From an uncultured Planctomycetota bacterium (GTDB taxonomy: Bacteria; Planctomycetota; Phycisphaerae; Tepidisphaerales; Tepidisphaeraceae), in the NCBI GenBank assembly GCA_963841915.1, contig CAWJEN010000006.1, positions 1,408,001 through 1,472,000 of the forward strand: DNA of 64,000 nucleotides, in the 5' to 3' direction. The notes under the pieces were generated by a model. That model saw only the letters and a program-made list of their open reading frames with translations. It ran no database searches and was not told where the DNA came from. Numbering within the stretch: the stretch's first letter is position 1; every line of letters begins with the position of its first letter. The translations under genes were made by a program, and so were the position numbers. Of this stretch, positions 33,891-44,096 are shown piece after piece.

Positions 33891-35759
33891 ATGAGCCGCC
33901 CAGCAGCCCCCATCGATCGTCGTAACCGTCTCCGTGCGCTCCGCCTCGCCGTTGCCGCCTCCGTGGTCGTCGCAGGTCTTGGCGTCGTTGCCGGCTGTGA
34001 CGACGAACCCGAAGACGCCGTCGCTCTGCGATCGCTCCGCAGCGTCGTCGACCGCCAAAGTGCCGGCGAGCCGGACCGCGCGTATCTGACCGACCTCGAG
34101 ACGCTCCGTGGTAATCCGAATCTGAGCGACTCGACCGCTGCGTTGGTCGATCGCGTCTCCGGTGACGCACGATTGGCCGAGGCCAATGACATCTTAATCG
34201 GTTCTCCCGCCGTTGAGCAGGGCGAGCAAGGTGTGCCGGGGCTGCTCGATCTGCATCTGCGTTCGGTGCGACTGGCCGAGGGGCTCAACGCCCAGGCCCG
34301 CACCCTGGCGACCATGGCATCGACGCAAAAGCAGCTTGGCGTGTCCAGCGAAGCGGCCGGCCGGGGCGTGCAGGCAATGAGCGACAAGGCCGAGCAAATT
34401 CGCACGGGCGACCGGTGGTCGCCGGCCGCCGGTGAAACCGACGGCAACGGCCCGTACGCCGGTCTCGATGGCGAACTCTCCGACCTCGACCGCCAGGGCT
34501 TCCAAGCGTACCGAGACGCGCGGGCGTCAATCGCCGAACTGCAAATGCTTGCCGTCAAGGGCGTCGAGGCGGAGCTGGCGACCCTGCAGGGCAAAGCCGG
34601 AGAGATCCAACAGCAGATTGATGACCTTGAGAGCCAGCGGCGTGAGAAGCTTGCCACCGCCGGTGGTCGGGAGCGAACATCGATGACCGATCAGGGCGAC
34701 GACGCCGTCGCCTCTGCCCGGGAAGTAGCTGACCTCAACATTGAGGCTGGCCAGTTCCAGCAAGAGATCATCGTGCTGACGCGTCAGCTCAATGCCACGC
34801 AGCGTGACATCACGCTGCTGGAAGCACGCGTCACCTCACTGCAGGCGGCGGCGACGATGCTCGAGGAACAGGCCGAATCCATCCGCCAGTCCTTCGACGG
34901 CGCCGACGGTCTGGCGACGGTAAGTCGCCAGGTGACGAGCGAGGCGCAGGTCGTGCTTGCCGGTCGCGGCGAGGCCGAGGCAGGTATGTCGGCGATGGCC
35001 CAGGAGCTGGCCGAGGTGCGTCAGGAAGCCGACGACGTGCGTGGCCAGGTGCTCGATGCTCTTGCTGCCGCCGAGAGTGCGTATGCGTCGGCGGCCGACC
35101 GTGCCGGAAAGTCGCGCGGCCGTGCCACGACGCCCGCCGCTCAGCTCGCCGCCGACAGCCTCACCGCAGCCAGCGCATCGGCGAAGCTGGCGCTGGCCGA
35201 CATTCGGCGGCAGGTCGGTGAACTCAAGATCGCCCAGGCGACGGTCGAACTGAGCCTGCTGCGCCTGTCGACGATGCTCGAGGCCGCCCCATCAGGTCTT
35301 GACGTCAGCGACGTGCAGGCCGTCACAGAAGACGCCGCCGACACGCTCGAGCGGGTGCTGTCCGAAGCCGCCACCGCCTTGCAGGAAGCTGGCGACGCCG
35401 CGGCGAGCGTCAGCAGCAGCGACGCCGATCTTCGGCGTGCGGCGACGGTCCAGCAAGCACTGGCCCTAGGTCACATGCTCGACATCGCAAACCTCGTCGA
35501 GGCGGCCCGTTCGATGAACGCGGGCACCGGCATCACCGTGTCACTGCCGGACACGAGCGAGCTGCAGAGCCGGCTAGCCACCTTGGCCAGCGACGCCGAG
35601 TCGTCGGGCATGTCGCTGCCGATCATCCGTGGGCTCAACGAGATCGCCGGCGACGCCGAGACCGAAGCCGCCGGCACGGAGCCGGCTGACGAAGGTCCGG
35701 CCGGTGAAGACGTCGACGCCGTCGGCCCAGAAGGCATGGGCGACGACGCGCCCGAGTGA
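33891..35759 (+). CDS. Large coiled-coil lipoprotein, function unknown
   Basis: Lipobox VAGC after a hydrophobic stretch; Ala/Glu-rich heptads; AGGAG RBS. Confidence 0.65.
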   Translation: MSRPAAPIDRRNRLRALRLAVAASVVVAGLGVVAGCDDEPEDAVALRSLRSVVDRQSAGEPDRAYLTDLETLRGNPNLSDSTAALVDRVSGDARLAEANDILIGSPAVEQGEQGVPGLLDLHLRSVRLAEGLNAQARTLATMASTQKQLGVSSEAAGRGVQAMSDKAEQIRTGDRWSPAAGETDGNGPYAGLDGELSDLDRQGFQAYRDARASIAELQMLAVKGVEAELATLQGKAGEIQQQIDDLESQRREKLATAGGRERTSMTDQGDDAVASAREVADLNIEAGQFQQEIIVLTRQLNATQRDITLLEARVTSLQAAATMLEEQAESIRQSFDGADGLATVSRQVTSEAQVVLAGRGEAEAGMSAMAQELAEVRQEADDVRGQVLDALAAAESAYASAADRAGKSRGRATTPAAQLAADSLTAASASAKLALADIRRQVGELKIAQATVELSLLRLSTMLEAAPSGLDVSDVQAVTEDAADTLERVLSEAATALQEAGDAAASVSSSDADLRRAATVQQALALGHMLDIANLVEAARSMNAGTGITVSLPDTSELQSRLATLASDAESSGMSLPIIRGLNEIAGDAETEAAGTEPADEGPAGEDVDAVGPEGMGDDAPE

Positions 35760-35775
35760 CGTCGTACGGTCGCTT

Positions 35776-36810
35776 GTGTCACCCACGCTGCCAGCAACTC
35801 CGACCGATTCGGCCGCCACCCGCGGGCGATTCGTCGGCGTCGTGACGTCGAACGAGCCGATGTGCCTCGAGCACAACCGACTCACGATTCGCGTCGACGG
35901 CCTGCCGCCGAGCAACCCGGGGCAGTTTCTGCAAGTGAAGTGTCGCGACGTCGACGACGCCCCGATCGGCAGCGTCGAGGAGATCGTCCGCGAGTGGCCA
36001 CCGACGTCGCCGCTCCAGACGCTTCAGCAGGACATCGTCTGCCCGACGCCGATCCTTCGGCGGCCGTTCAGCATTGCTGGTCGCACCGACGACGAGGTGC
36101 AGCTCGTCAATCGCGACGTCGGCGCGGGAACCGCCTGGCTGGCGAAGCTGCGGGCCGGTGACGCGGTCGATGTCATCGGCCCGCTAGGCGTCGGCTTCGA
36201 ACTGCCACGGCCCGGTGGCATTGCGTTGCTCGTCGGTGGTGGTGTCGGGATTCCACCGATGATGTATCTCGCCCAGGAGTTGGCGGCATTGAACGAGTCG
36301 GCCTCCGACGAAGAGCGCCGCAAGGCTGTCGCCTTTGCCGGTGCGACGACACGCGATCTGCTCAGCCTGACCATCACCGATGACGCGCCCGAACCACCTG
36401 CCGGCCGCATGACGCAAAGCATGGCCGGGCTGTACAACATCGCCGAATTCGGTCATCGCGGGTTCGCCACGATCGTCAGCACCGACGACGGTTCCTACGG
36501 CTGGCACGGCCGCGTGACCGAGCCTTTGGCGTTGTACCTCGATGCCTGGTTTGATGATTCATGGGAAGTCGGCAGCGTTCGCCCGACGATCTACACGTGC
36601 GGGCCCGAGCCGATGATGAAGGCCGTCGCCGCGGTGGCCGCCGAGCGTGGGTTAGCTTGCCAGGTGGCCGTCGAGCGGGCGATGGCGTGCGGCATGGGGA
36701 CGTGCCAATCCTGCGTCATCCGCCAGAAGGATGAAAGCGACCGCGGCTGGAGCTACCGCCTGGCGTGCACGCACGGCCCGGTCTTCGATTCGGCGTCGCT
36801 GTTGTGGTAG
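35776..36810 (+). CDS. pyrK: Dihydroorotate dehydrogenase electron transfer subunit
   Basis: PGQF, LRRPFSI, GGGVGIPP, CGPEPMM and MACGMGTCQSC...C (2Fe-2S). Confidence 0.88.
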   Translation: MSPTLPATPTDSAATRGRFVGVVTSNEPMCLEHNRLTIRVDGLPPSNPGQFLQVKCRDVDDAPIGSVEEIVREWPPTSPLQTLQQDIVCPTPILRRPFSIAGRTDDEVQLVNRDVGAGTAWLAKLRAGDAVDVIGPLGVGFELPRPGGIALLVGGGVGIPPMMYLAQELAALNESASDEERRKAVAFAGATTRDLLSLTITDDAPEPPAGRMTQSMAGLYNIAEFGHRGFATIVSTDDGSYGWHGRVTEPLALYLDAWFDDSWEVGSVRPTIYTCGPEPMMKAVAAVAAERGLACQVAVERAMACGMGTCQSCVIRQKDESDRGWSYRLACTHGPVFDSASLLW

Positions 36811-36835
36811 CAGGGCGTCGTCCGATAAAGACAGC

Positions 36836-37594
36836 GTGCGTCGCCTTGCGTTGTTGCTCAGCCTCTTGCTCGTGTCCCCGGCCTCGGCTGATGCGATTGA
36901 GGCATTGCGGTCAGGTAACGAGCGGCTGGTCGCCTCGACAACGCTCGCAGCGCCGGGTGACCTGCTTGCCGTCGTCGTGACAACGGGCGATCTGGACTTG
37001 GACTGGTTATTCGACGTCGGGCCGGGTCGGTTGATCCGCGTCGACGCAGACGCACCGGATCGGCTGGCCGTATTGGAAGCGGTGCTGGCAGAGGCCCATC
37101 CGCCAGCGCTGGTCGTGCTGGGTCGCGAGCAGGCAGACGCCGATGCGACGGCAACCGAGATCTCTCGTTCGCTCGGTGCGTTCAGCCGTCTCGACTCCGC
37201 TGTCGCAACCCTTGAGCCGGGGACGATTCGCGTGCGTTGGGGGACGACGCAACATGTTGTAGCTCGGGCCAAACCTGCGGAGGTCGTGCTTGAGACCGCT
37301 CTCACCGAGGCGCAGCCGCCGACGCTGGCAGTGGTGGCAACGCTTCCCGTGCCGACGGAACCTGCGTCGTGGCCCTGGACGCTGAGTGTGTTTGGATTCG
37401 TCGTACTGATCGGTGGCGGGGCGTTTCTGGCGACGCGGCGACCCGGCGACAGCACGGACACGCCGCTCATGCCGACGGCCGACGATCAGCGGCTGCAGGT
37501 TGCTGTCGAGGCGCTGTCGGTGAAGTTGCAGGCATGGCAGTCGAGTTTCGGCGGCTCAACCCCGCGGGCCACCGGGCCGATACGTCGCAAGTGA
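36836..37594 (+). CDS. Hypothetical exported/membrane protein upstream of cheR
   Basis: Signal peptide and C-terminal TM; GTGA overlap with cheR. Confidence 0.5.
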   Translation: MRRLALLLSLLLVSPASADAIEALRSGNERLVASTTLAAPGDLLAVVVTTGDLDLDWLFDVGPGRLIRVDADAPDRLAVLEAVLAEAHPPALVVLGREQADADATATEISRSLGAFSRLDSAVATLEPGTIRVRWGTTQHVVARAKPAEVVLETALTEAQPPTLAVVATLPVPTEPASWPWTLSVFGFVVLIGGGAFLATRRPGDSTDTPLMPTADDQRLQVAVEALSVKLQAWQSSFGGSTPRATGPIRRK

Positions 37595-38466
37595 ATGCTG
37601 CCGTCTCTCCCGCTCGTGGTCCGGCCTTGTCCGACCGCGACTTCAACCGCGTCGCTGAACTCATCAAGCGTCACGCCGGCATCAACCTGTCCAGCGATAA
37701 GCGGGATCTCGTTCGCTCTCGTCTGACCAAGCGCTTGCGTGCGGTGGGTGCCGACGATTTCTCGATCTACCTCGACACCTACATCCTGCCCAAAAGCGGC
37801 ACCGCCCACGCGGCAGAGTTCACGGCGTTCGTCGACGCACTCAGCACCAATCTGACGAGCTTTTTCCGCGAGCCGGCGCATTACGAGTACCTGCGGGACA
37901 AGGTCCTACCGGGCCTGATCGCAAAGGGTCGTGGGCGAATCAGGGCCTGGTGTGCCGCGGCGAGTACGGGTGAAGAGCCGTACTGCTTGGCCATGACGTG
38001 CCTCGAATCGATGCGCAAAGCCGGCATCAGTCGGCCCGATGTCAAGATCCTCTCGACCGACATCTGCACGAAGGTGCTCGGCGAAGCCAAGGCAGGCGTC
38101 TACAGCAACAAGCGTTCTGCGCAACTGCCGACCGACTTGCGCGGTCGGTACTTCGAGCCGCGCCGGATGACCGACGGCTCCGAAGCCATCGCGGCAGGGC
38201 GGATGATCAAGGACGCTTGCGTCTTTCGGCAGCTGAACCTCATGGAGCCGCCACCGTTTTCGGGGCCGCTGGACTTCATCTTTTGCCGCAACGTCATGAT
38301 CTATTTCGATCGGCCGACGCGTGACGCTCTGGTCGGGCGTCTTCTGAAGACGTTGGCACCAGGCGGTCACTTGTTCACAGGCCACAGCGAATCGCTGGCC
38401 AATACCTGCCACGTCGGACCGGCGCTCCGGCAGGTGATGGCGGCGGTGTACCAGAAAACGACGTAA
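37591..38466 (+). CDS. cheR: Chemotaxis methyltransferase CheR
   Basis: TNLTSFFRE, WCAAASTGEEPY, IFCRNVMIYFD and GHSES. Confidence 0.95.
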   Translation: MNAAVSPARGPALSDRDFNRVAELIKRHAGINLSSDKRDLVRSRLTKRLRAVGADDFSIYLDTYILPKSGTAHAAEFTAFVDALSTNLTSFFREPAHYEYLRDKVLPGLIAKGRGRIRAWCAAASTGEEPYCLAMTCLESMRKAGISRPDVKILSTDICTKVLGEAKAGVYSNKRSAQLPTDLRGRYFEPRRMTDGSEAIAAGRMIKDACVFRQLNLMEPPPFSGPLDFIFCRNVMIYFDRPTRDALVGRLLKTLAPGGHLFTGHSESLANTCHVGPALRQVMAAVYQKTT

Positions 38467-38609
38467 CCGATAGACGTCGCTGAGCAAACCCCGTCGCCGG
38501 CCAAAGTGCCCGTGCGACGGGCCCGATGTACTGATTGTTCCACGAGTTCGCAGGCACCATTCACTTGACGCAATTTGCCCACTCACATCATGCCTCGTCT
38601 TCGCCGGCT

Positions 38610-39119
38610 ATGGCGGCTGCGCCGAAACCGGTGGGCGCGGTCAGCGGTCAGCTGGTCGTCGGCATCTCCGACATGAAGGCGACGACGGACGTCAAGTCGA
38701 TGCTCGTCACGCACTCGCTGGGTTCCTGCGTCGCTATCGCAGCGTGGTGTCCCAAGACCAGAGCGTCGGGTCTGCTCCACTTCCAGCTGCCCGAAGCCCG
38801 CATGGATGCGGCTCGGGCGGCGGCACACCCGCTCATGTTCTGTGACACCGGCCTGACTCGCCTGCTGGCGGAAATGGCGATGCTCGGAGCTGACATCCGT
38901 GGACTGAAGGTCAAGCTTGCCGGCGGGGCCAAGATGCTTCAGCACGGCACGCTCGACATCGGCAACCGCAACCACCAAGCCGCCCGCAAGCAGCTGTGGA
39001 AGCACGGCCTGTTCGTCGCTGCAGAGGACTGCGGCGGCTCGACAGCCCGCACGCTTTACCTCCGCGGTGCCGACGGTGCCGTCCGCCTCCGCATTGCCGG
39101 CAAGGTCACCGAGCTCTAG
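38610..39119 (+). CDS. cheD: Chemoreceptor glutamine deamidase CheD
   Basis: LGSCVAI, GLLHFQLP, KLAGGA, IGNRN and EDCGG. Confidence 0.92.
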   Translation: MAAAPKPVGAVSGQLVVGISDMKATTDVKSMLVTHSLGSCVAIAAWCPKTRASGLLHFQLPEARMDAARAAAHPLMFCDTGLTRLLAEMAMLGADIRGLKVKLAGGAKMLQHGTLDIGNRNHQAARKQLWKHGLFVAAEDCGGSTARTLYLRGADGAVRLRIAGKVTEL

Positions 39120-39230
39120 CCCACGTCCGACAATCCGCCACGATCTTCCTGTAGCAGGCCGTCACCCGAAGCAATGCAACGGACGCGACTTGATGCACTG
39201 CCAGCGCCTGCCCCCGTTTACACGCTCCCG

Positions 39231-39683
39231 ATGATGCAAATCCCTTCAACAAGCAACGGCACGGATGGCGATGCGGCTCGATGCCGCGTGCTCATCGTCG
39301 ATGACTCTGCAGTCACCCGCGCCATGGTCCGCCGAAGCGTCATGCTCAGCGGTGTCGACGCCGACATTGAAGAGGCGGCCGACGGAATGGAAGCCTTGGC
39401 CGAGCTGCGTGCCGCACAAGAGGCCGGCCGCTCGTATGACGTTTGCTTTCTCGACCTCAACATGCCCCGTATGGGTGGCGTCGAGGTTGCCACCGAGGCC
39501 TGCGGGCAGGGCGGCGTGTCGACCCGCGTCGTCATCGTCTCCAGCGAATCGATGTCGGCCCGCATCAAGCAACTCCAGGAGGCCGGTGTCAGCGGCTACA
39601 TCAAGAAACCGTTCAAGCCCGAGGAAATTCGTGGTGTTCTGGCCCGCGTGCTCGAACCTAAGTCGGCGATCCGCGCCGCTTGA
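39231..39683 (+). CDS. CheY-like single-domain response regulator
   Basis: LIVDDS, DLNMPRMGG and YIKKPF. Confidence 0.88.
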   Translation: MMQIPSTSNGTDGDAARCRVLIVDDSAVTRAMVRRSVMLSGVDADIEEAADGMEALAELRAAQEAGRSYDVCFLDLNMPRMGGVEVATEACGQGGVSTRVVIVSSESMSARIKQLQEAGVSGYIKKPFKPEEIRGVLARVLEPKSAIRAA

Positions 39684-39733
39684 ACCTTTGCCGCTTTCCC
39701 CGTCACTGCCGCTTCAACTGCAAGTCCAACGCC

Positions 39734-40300
39734 ATGTCCTTTGATCCCTTTGCCGAAGACGTCGAGGCCGTCGCCACTGACGATCCCTTTGCGGCCGACC
39801 CCTTCGCGGTCGAACCGACGGCCGCCGCACCCGACGACGTCGCCGAGCCGTTGACGCCGCTGCAGATCGCCGTCCATGCCGTTCGTGACGCGATGGAGAA
39901 GAGTTCGTTCGTCACGGCCAACGAATCGTCGGAGGCAACGATGCCGTTGCAACTCAAGCGTGTGACGCTCACCTTCGGTGGACCGGCTGCCGGAACGCTG
40001 GCCATTGTCGTCGATGCGACTCTGGGGAACCTGCTCGTTGCCAACGTGCTCGGCATCGATGAGGACGACGAGATGGCGACCAGTGCGTGCGACGACTCGC
40101 TCCGCGAGCTCGTCAACGTCGCTGCCGGGGCGATGATGCCGCGACTGGTCGGCGACGTCGAGACGGCCTGCCCGCTGGGTCTGCCTGAAGTGTCGCCGGC
40201 GACAGCGTCGGATTGGCAGATCGCCTTGAACGACGGCCGCCATCAGTCACTCGACGCAGAAGGTCGACCGCTGCTCGTCGGCCTGCTCAAGGCGGCTTGA
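39734..40300 (+). CDS. cheX: CheX-like phosphatase
   Basis: DSLRELVNVAAG (ExxN motif) within a che operon. Confidence 0.75.
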   Translation: MSFDPFAEDVEAVATDDPFAADPFAVEPTAAAPDDVAEPLTPLQIAVHAVRDAMEKSSFVTANESSEATMPLQLKRVTLTFGGPAAGTLAIVVDATLGNLLVANVLGIDEDDEMATSACDDSLRELVNVAAGAMMPRLVGDVETACPLGLPEVSPATASDWQIALNDGRHQSLDAEGRPLLVGLLKAA

Positions 40301-40389
40301 AGCTGCGGTAGGGGCCACACCCGATCGCGTTGTGCCGAGAGGCCGAGCAGCGGCCGGTCCTGTTAAAGAACCACTTCAACCAGCTCAAG

Positions 40390-41463
40390 ATGTCCCCAGC
40401 AGCCAAGCATGCCGGCCCGATTCGCGTTCTCGTCGTCGACGATTCGGCCATCGTTCGTCGCGTTCTGACCCGCGAATTGTCAGCTGTTCCGGGAATTCAG
40501 GTCGTCGGCACGGCGCCCGACCCGTACGTCGCACGCGACCTGGTGTTGAAGCTCAAGCCCGACGTCATCACGCTCGATGTCGAAATGCCGCGGATGGACG
40601 GTCTGACGTTCTTGCGTCTGCTGATGCGGAGCAGGCCCACGCCGACGATCGTGGTCAGTTCACTGACGCCAAAGGGCAGTCGGTCGGCCATCGAAGCGCT
40701 GGAGTGTGGTGCGGTCGACGTGCTGTGCAAGCCAGACGGATCGATCAGCGTTGGGGATATGGCGACTGAACTCATCGACAAGGTGCGGATGGCCGCCCGG
40801 GCCCGGGTGTCGGCCAGAGCCATCGCGCCGCCCAAGGCCGCGTCCGCCGCGCCGCGAACGTCACTGGCCGAGACGACCGACCGCATCCTGGCCATCGGCG
40901 CCAGCACGGGCGGCGTGCAGGCATTGACCAACGTGCTGCCGCGACTGCCGGCCTCGGCGCCGGGCTGCGTGATCGTCCAGCACATGCCTGCCTCGTTTAC
41001 CGGCAGTTTTGCAAGAAGGCTCGACGACATGTGCCAGGTCACCGTTGTCGAAGCCAGGCACGGCGACACCGTTTTGCCGGGCCATGTTCTTCTGGCACCG
41101 GGTGACCAACACATGAAGCTCGCTCGCAGCGGTGCGCGGTACTACGTCGAGCTTGTCGGCGGTCCGCCCGTCCACCACCAGCGGCCGGCCGTCGATATCT
41201 TGTTCGACAGCGTCGCCAAGGTCGCAGGCCGCAACGCCGTCGGTGCCGTGCTGACCGGCATGGGCGCCGACGGTGCGGCCGGCTTGCTCGCGATGCGTCG
41301 CGCCGGCGCCCGAACGCTGGCCGAAGACGAATCGACGTGCGTCGTCTACGGCATGCCTCAGGAAGCCTTCAAGCAGGGCGGCGTTGAAGAAGTGGTCAAG
41401 CTCGATGACGTGGCAGACGCCATGCTTCGTTTGAGCAGCGCTCGTTCCCGTCTGGCCGCTTGA
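40390..41463 (+). CDS. cheB: Chemotaxis methylesterase CheB
   Basis: REC domain plus GASTGG, VQHMP, LTGMGADG and VVYGMP. Confidence 0.96.
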   Translation: MSPAAKHAGPIRVLVVDDSAIVRRVLTRELSAVPGIQVVGTAPDPYVARDLVLKLKPDVITLDVEMPRMDGLTFLRLLMRSRPTPTIVVSSLTPKGSRSAIEALECGAVDVLCKPDGSISVGDMATELIDKVRMAARARVSARAIAPPKAASAAPRTSLAETTDRILAIGASTGGVQALTNVLPRLPASAPGCVIVQHMPASFTGSFARRLDDMCQVTVVEARHGDTVLPGHVLLAPGDQHMKLARSGARYYVELVGGPPVHHQRPAVDILFDSVAKVAGRNAVGAVLTGMGADGAAGLLAMRRAGARTLAEDESTCVVYGMPQEAFKQGGVEEVVKLDDVADAMLRLSSARSRLAA

Positions 41464-41516
41464 CGCGCTGCGCGGCGGCGGCCGATCGGCGATTGGCGGC
41501 GAAGGATTTGCTCGAT

Positions 41517-41532
41517 TGTTCCACGTGGAACA
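41517..41532. promoter_or_regulatory. parS site
   Basis: Perfect TGTTCCACGTGGAACA, intergenic. Confidence 0.88.
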
Positions 41533-41589
41533 TCGGCCGACCCTCGCCAGAGGTCGCCACGCACGATTTTGCCGCCGTTGCGGAGCCAA

Positions 41590-41605
41590 TGTTCCACGTA
41601 GAACA
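41590..41605. promoter_or_regulatory. parS-like site
   Basis: TGTTCCACGTAGAACA. Confidence 0.8.
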
Positions 41606-41756
41606 GGTAAGCCCGCTTAAAAGTACGTCGGCGGGTCGTTCCTGCAGCATCACGATCCGACCGCACCAAGCACGCTGCTGCGTCCGCCGTCGCGTCTTTT
41701 GCAACAGGGTCCGTCCGCCGTACGACGCCAAACCTGTTGCGCCGCCGCGGCCGCCT

Positions 41757-43322
41757 TTACGGCGACGGCACGCGATAGATCGTCACGTGCTCAGAGCCAC
41801 GCCACGCGATGCGTTCGTCTTCACGTTCGTCACTTCCGAGTCGGACGACGAAGCGCGCCCCGTGCCGCCGGGCGACGTCCATGAGCTCGTCGATGGACCG
41901 CTCTGCGTACGCCGCGTCCATCTGTTCCTGTGCCACGACATATCCGCGCAAGCCGCCGGCAAAGGTCGACAGATCATCCTCGCCGGTGACGTCGCGCAGC
42001 CGATCGGCCCAGCCTTCGAGCTCGCCGGACAACTGAGGCACGAGCTTGAAGCTCACGACGTGCCCACGCCGCGCGTTGATCGGGAACGCCGACCCGACGC
42101 CCGGCGGCACGAGGAACAGCGTGTCCGGGGGCGTGTGCTTTTTCGCCCAATCCGCCGCCTGGATGATCGCCGTACTTGGCTGCGGCTGGCCGGGAGGGGA
42201 GACGGTGCCGCGGAGCAACAATGAGCCGAAGCTCAGCGAAAGCAGCAAGGCGACGCCCGTCGGAAGCAACCACGCTGCTCGCCGTTCCTGTGGCTGCTTA
42301 AGCCAATGGGCGGCCAGCGCCGTCACCGCCAGCAGCTTGGCGTGTGGGCCGAATCGCCAGAGGCTCAACTGCACAAAGGTCTCTCCGAGGTACCAGAGGC
42401 CTGCCGTCAGCAGGGCGAAGAGCTGCAGGCTCATCAGGAACAGCCACGCGACGGCCGCCACGCTCCACGCCGGCTCGGCCCGGTGTCGCCGCCACGCCAG
42501 CACTACGAACGGCGTCGGCAACACAAACGCCAGCCACAACCACCACGGCCACACCGAAGCGTTGTAATGGTGCGGATGACGCAGCTCGACGTACAGCTCG
42601 ATGAACGGTGCGAGCGGCAGCCCACCCTCGGCCGCGAGCTTCGCCGGCAGGGCCAGTCCGACATTCAACAACGCGGGGCCGATCGCCAGGAGTGAAGGGA
42701 AAAGGTGCCGTTTCCAGCGGGTTGGCGACCTGACGCGTCGCGGCTGCAGTAACGTCATCGCGACCCACAACGGCGGGCACACGACGGCGTAGTTCAAGTG
42801 AAACGCTCCTGCCACGCCGAAGGCGGCGCCGGCGGCGAGGAGCTTGTTCTCCATTCGCATCGCGATGCCGACCACCAACGCCACCGCCGCGACGTTGCCG
42901 GCGTTGAACTGGCCGTCCTGCAACAGCGAGTAGAAGCCCAGCGATCGGTCGCCGACGAGAACGTGGTACAGCAGCACGGCGGCCAGAAACGAAACGGAAT
43001 CGCCGCCGAGCGCACGGGCGATACGCCACCACGCCCAGGCGAGCGCCAGCACGAGGCCGAGGAAAATCAGCACAAAGCCGGTCTTTGCACACCGGATCTC
43101 GAACAGCCACCCCGCAATCACGCTGAAAAGGCCGTGATATTGCAGTGTGCCCGTCACGAATGGATCGCCCTCGAACGTTGCCAGCCCGGCCCGGCGGAGC
43201 GGTTCGAGCAGGTACACCTCGTGGTTTCCGGCGAGGAACGAATAGCCGGTGACCGCGATCATGAACGCCGCCGCTGCGACGATGGCGGCAAGGTCGGCAG
43301 GTGGTGGCAGTCGCCGCGGCAC
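41757..43322 (-). CDS. Multi-pass membrane protein (possible glycan-modifying GT-C-like protein)
   Basis: Many TM segments; GDPF, RHPHHY and a C-terminal FLVPP..F...ARR..VVSFK motif. Confidence 0.6.
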   Translation of the reverse strand: MPRRLPPPADLAAIVAAAAFMIAVTGYSFLAGNHEVYLLEPLRRAGLATFEGDPFVTGTLQYHGLFSVIAGWLFEIRCAKTGFVLIFLGLVLALAWAWWRIARALGGDSVSFLAAVLLYHVLVGDRSLGFYSLLQDGQFNAGNVAAVALVVGIAMRMENKLLAAGAAFGVAGAFHLNYAVVCPPLWVAMTLLQPRRVRSPTRWKRHLFPSLLAIGPALLNVGLALPAKLAAEGGLPLAPFIELYVELRHPHHYNASVWPWWLWLAFVLPTPFVVLAWRRHRAEPAWSVAAVAWLFLMSLQLFALLTAGLWYLGETFVQLSLWRFGPHAKLLAVTALAAHWLKQPQERRAAWLLPTGVALLLSLSFGSLLLRGTVSPPGQPQPSTAIIQAADWAKKHTPPDTLFLVPPGVGSAFPINARRGHVVSFKLVPQLSGELEGWADRLRDVTGEDDLSTFAGGLRGYVVAQEQMDAAYAERSIDELMDVARRHGARFVVRLGSDEREDERIAWRGSEHVTIYRVPSP

Positions 43323-43423
43323 GGTCGAGCACCCTAAGCCAGCTCATGTCACGACCGGTCCGGTGCGGATGAGGTGCGACAGCGACTGTGCGAACACCAA
43401 AGTCTGAGCCATCGCCTTCTCCA

Positions 43424-43511
43424 CCGTCCCGGGCGCAGCCGAGGGACCTTGCGGTGTAACGCGTCCGCCGGCGAAGGTCCTTCGTCTCCATGTCATCGCT
43501 CAGGATGACGG
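43424..43511. repeat. REP-like element (GTCATCCYGAGCG...GGACCT family) downstream of purE
   Basis: CCCGGGCGCAGCCGAGGGACCT ... AGGTCCTTCG...TCGCTCAGGATGACGG. Confidence 0.65.
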
Positions 43512-43524
43512 ATCGAAGCCGGAG

Positions 43525-44022
43525 TTATTCGTCAGGCAGCGTCGCGTTCAGCACATCGCTTGTTTGTCGCTCGCGGAATGCGATCAGCCGATCGCGTACG
43601 CCGGCGTCGGCAAGGGCGACAATGGATGCCGCCAGCAGGGCAGCGTTGATCGCGCCGGCCTTGCCGATCGCCAGCGTCGCCGTCGGCACGCCGGCCGGCA
43701 TCTGGACGATGCTCAGCAACGAATCGACGCCGCTCAGCACGCGCGACTGCACCGGCACGCCGAGCACGGGCACATGCGTCTTGCTCGCACACATGCCCGG
43801 CAGGTGAGCCGCGCCACCCGCGCCGGCGATGATGACCTTCAAGCCTCGCTCGGCCGCTCCGCCCGCATAGGTCATCAGCTTGTCCGGCGTCCGGTGGGCG
43901 CTGACGACGTCCTTTTCAAAGGGAACGCCCAATTGCTCGAGCATGTCGCAGGTGTGCCGCATCGTCTCCCAATCGGACGTGCTGCCCATGATGACGCCGA
44001 CAATGGGTGCGGGTTGGCTCAC
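43525..44022 (-). CDS. purE: N5-CAIR mutase
   Basis: [25 protein letters not shown] and [10 protein letters not shown]. Confidence 0.97.
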   Translation of the reverse strand: MSQPAPIVGVIMGSTSDWETMRHTCDMLEQLGVPFEKDVVSAHRTPDKLMTYAGGAAERGLKVIIAGAGGAAHLPGMCASKTHVPVLGVPVQSRVLSGVDSLLSIVQMPAGVPTATLAIGKAGAINAALLAASIVALADAGVRDRLIAFRERQTSDVLNATLPDE

Positions 44023-44096
44023 GCCGCACGGTAGGAGAAAGGTGTGCGTCCACGCCTCGAGGCTCCATCGGGGCATCTTGCTTGCCCGCTTGTCCG

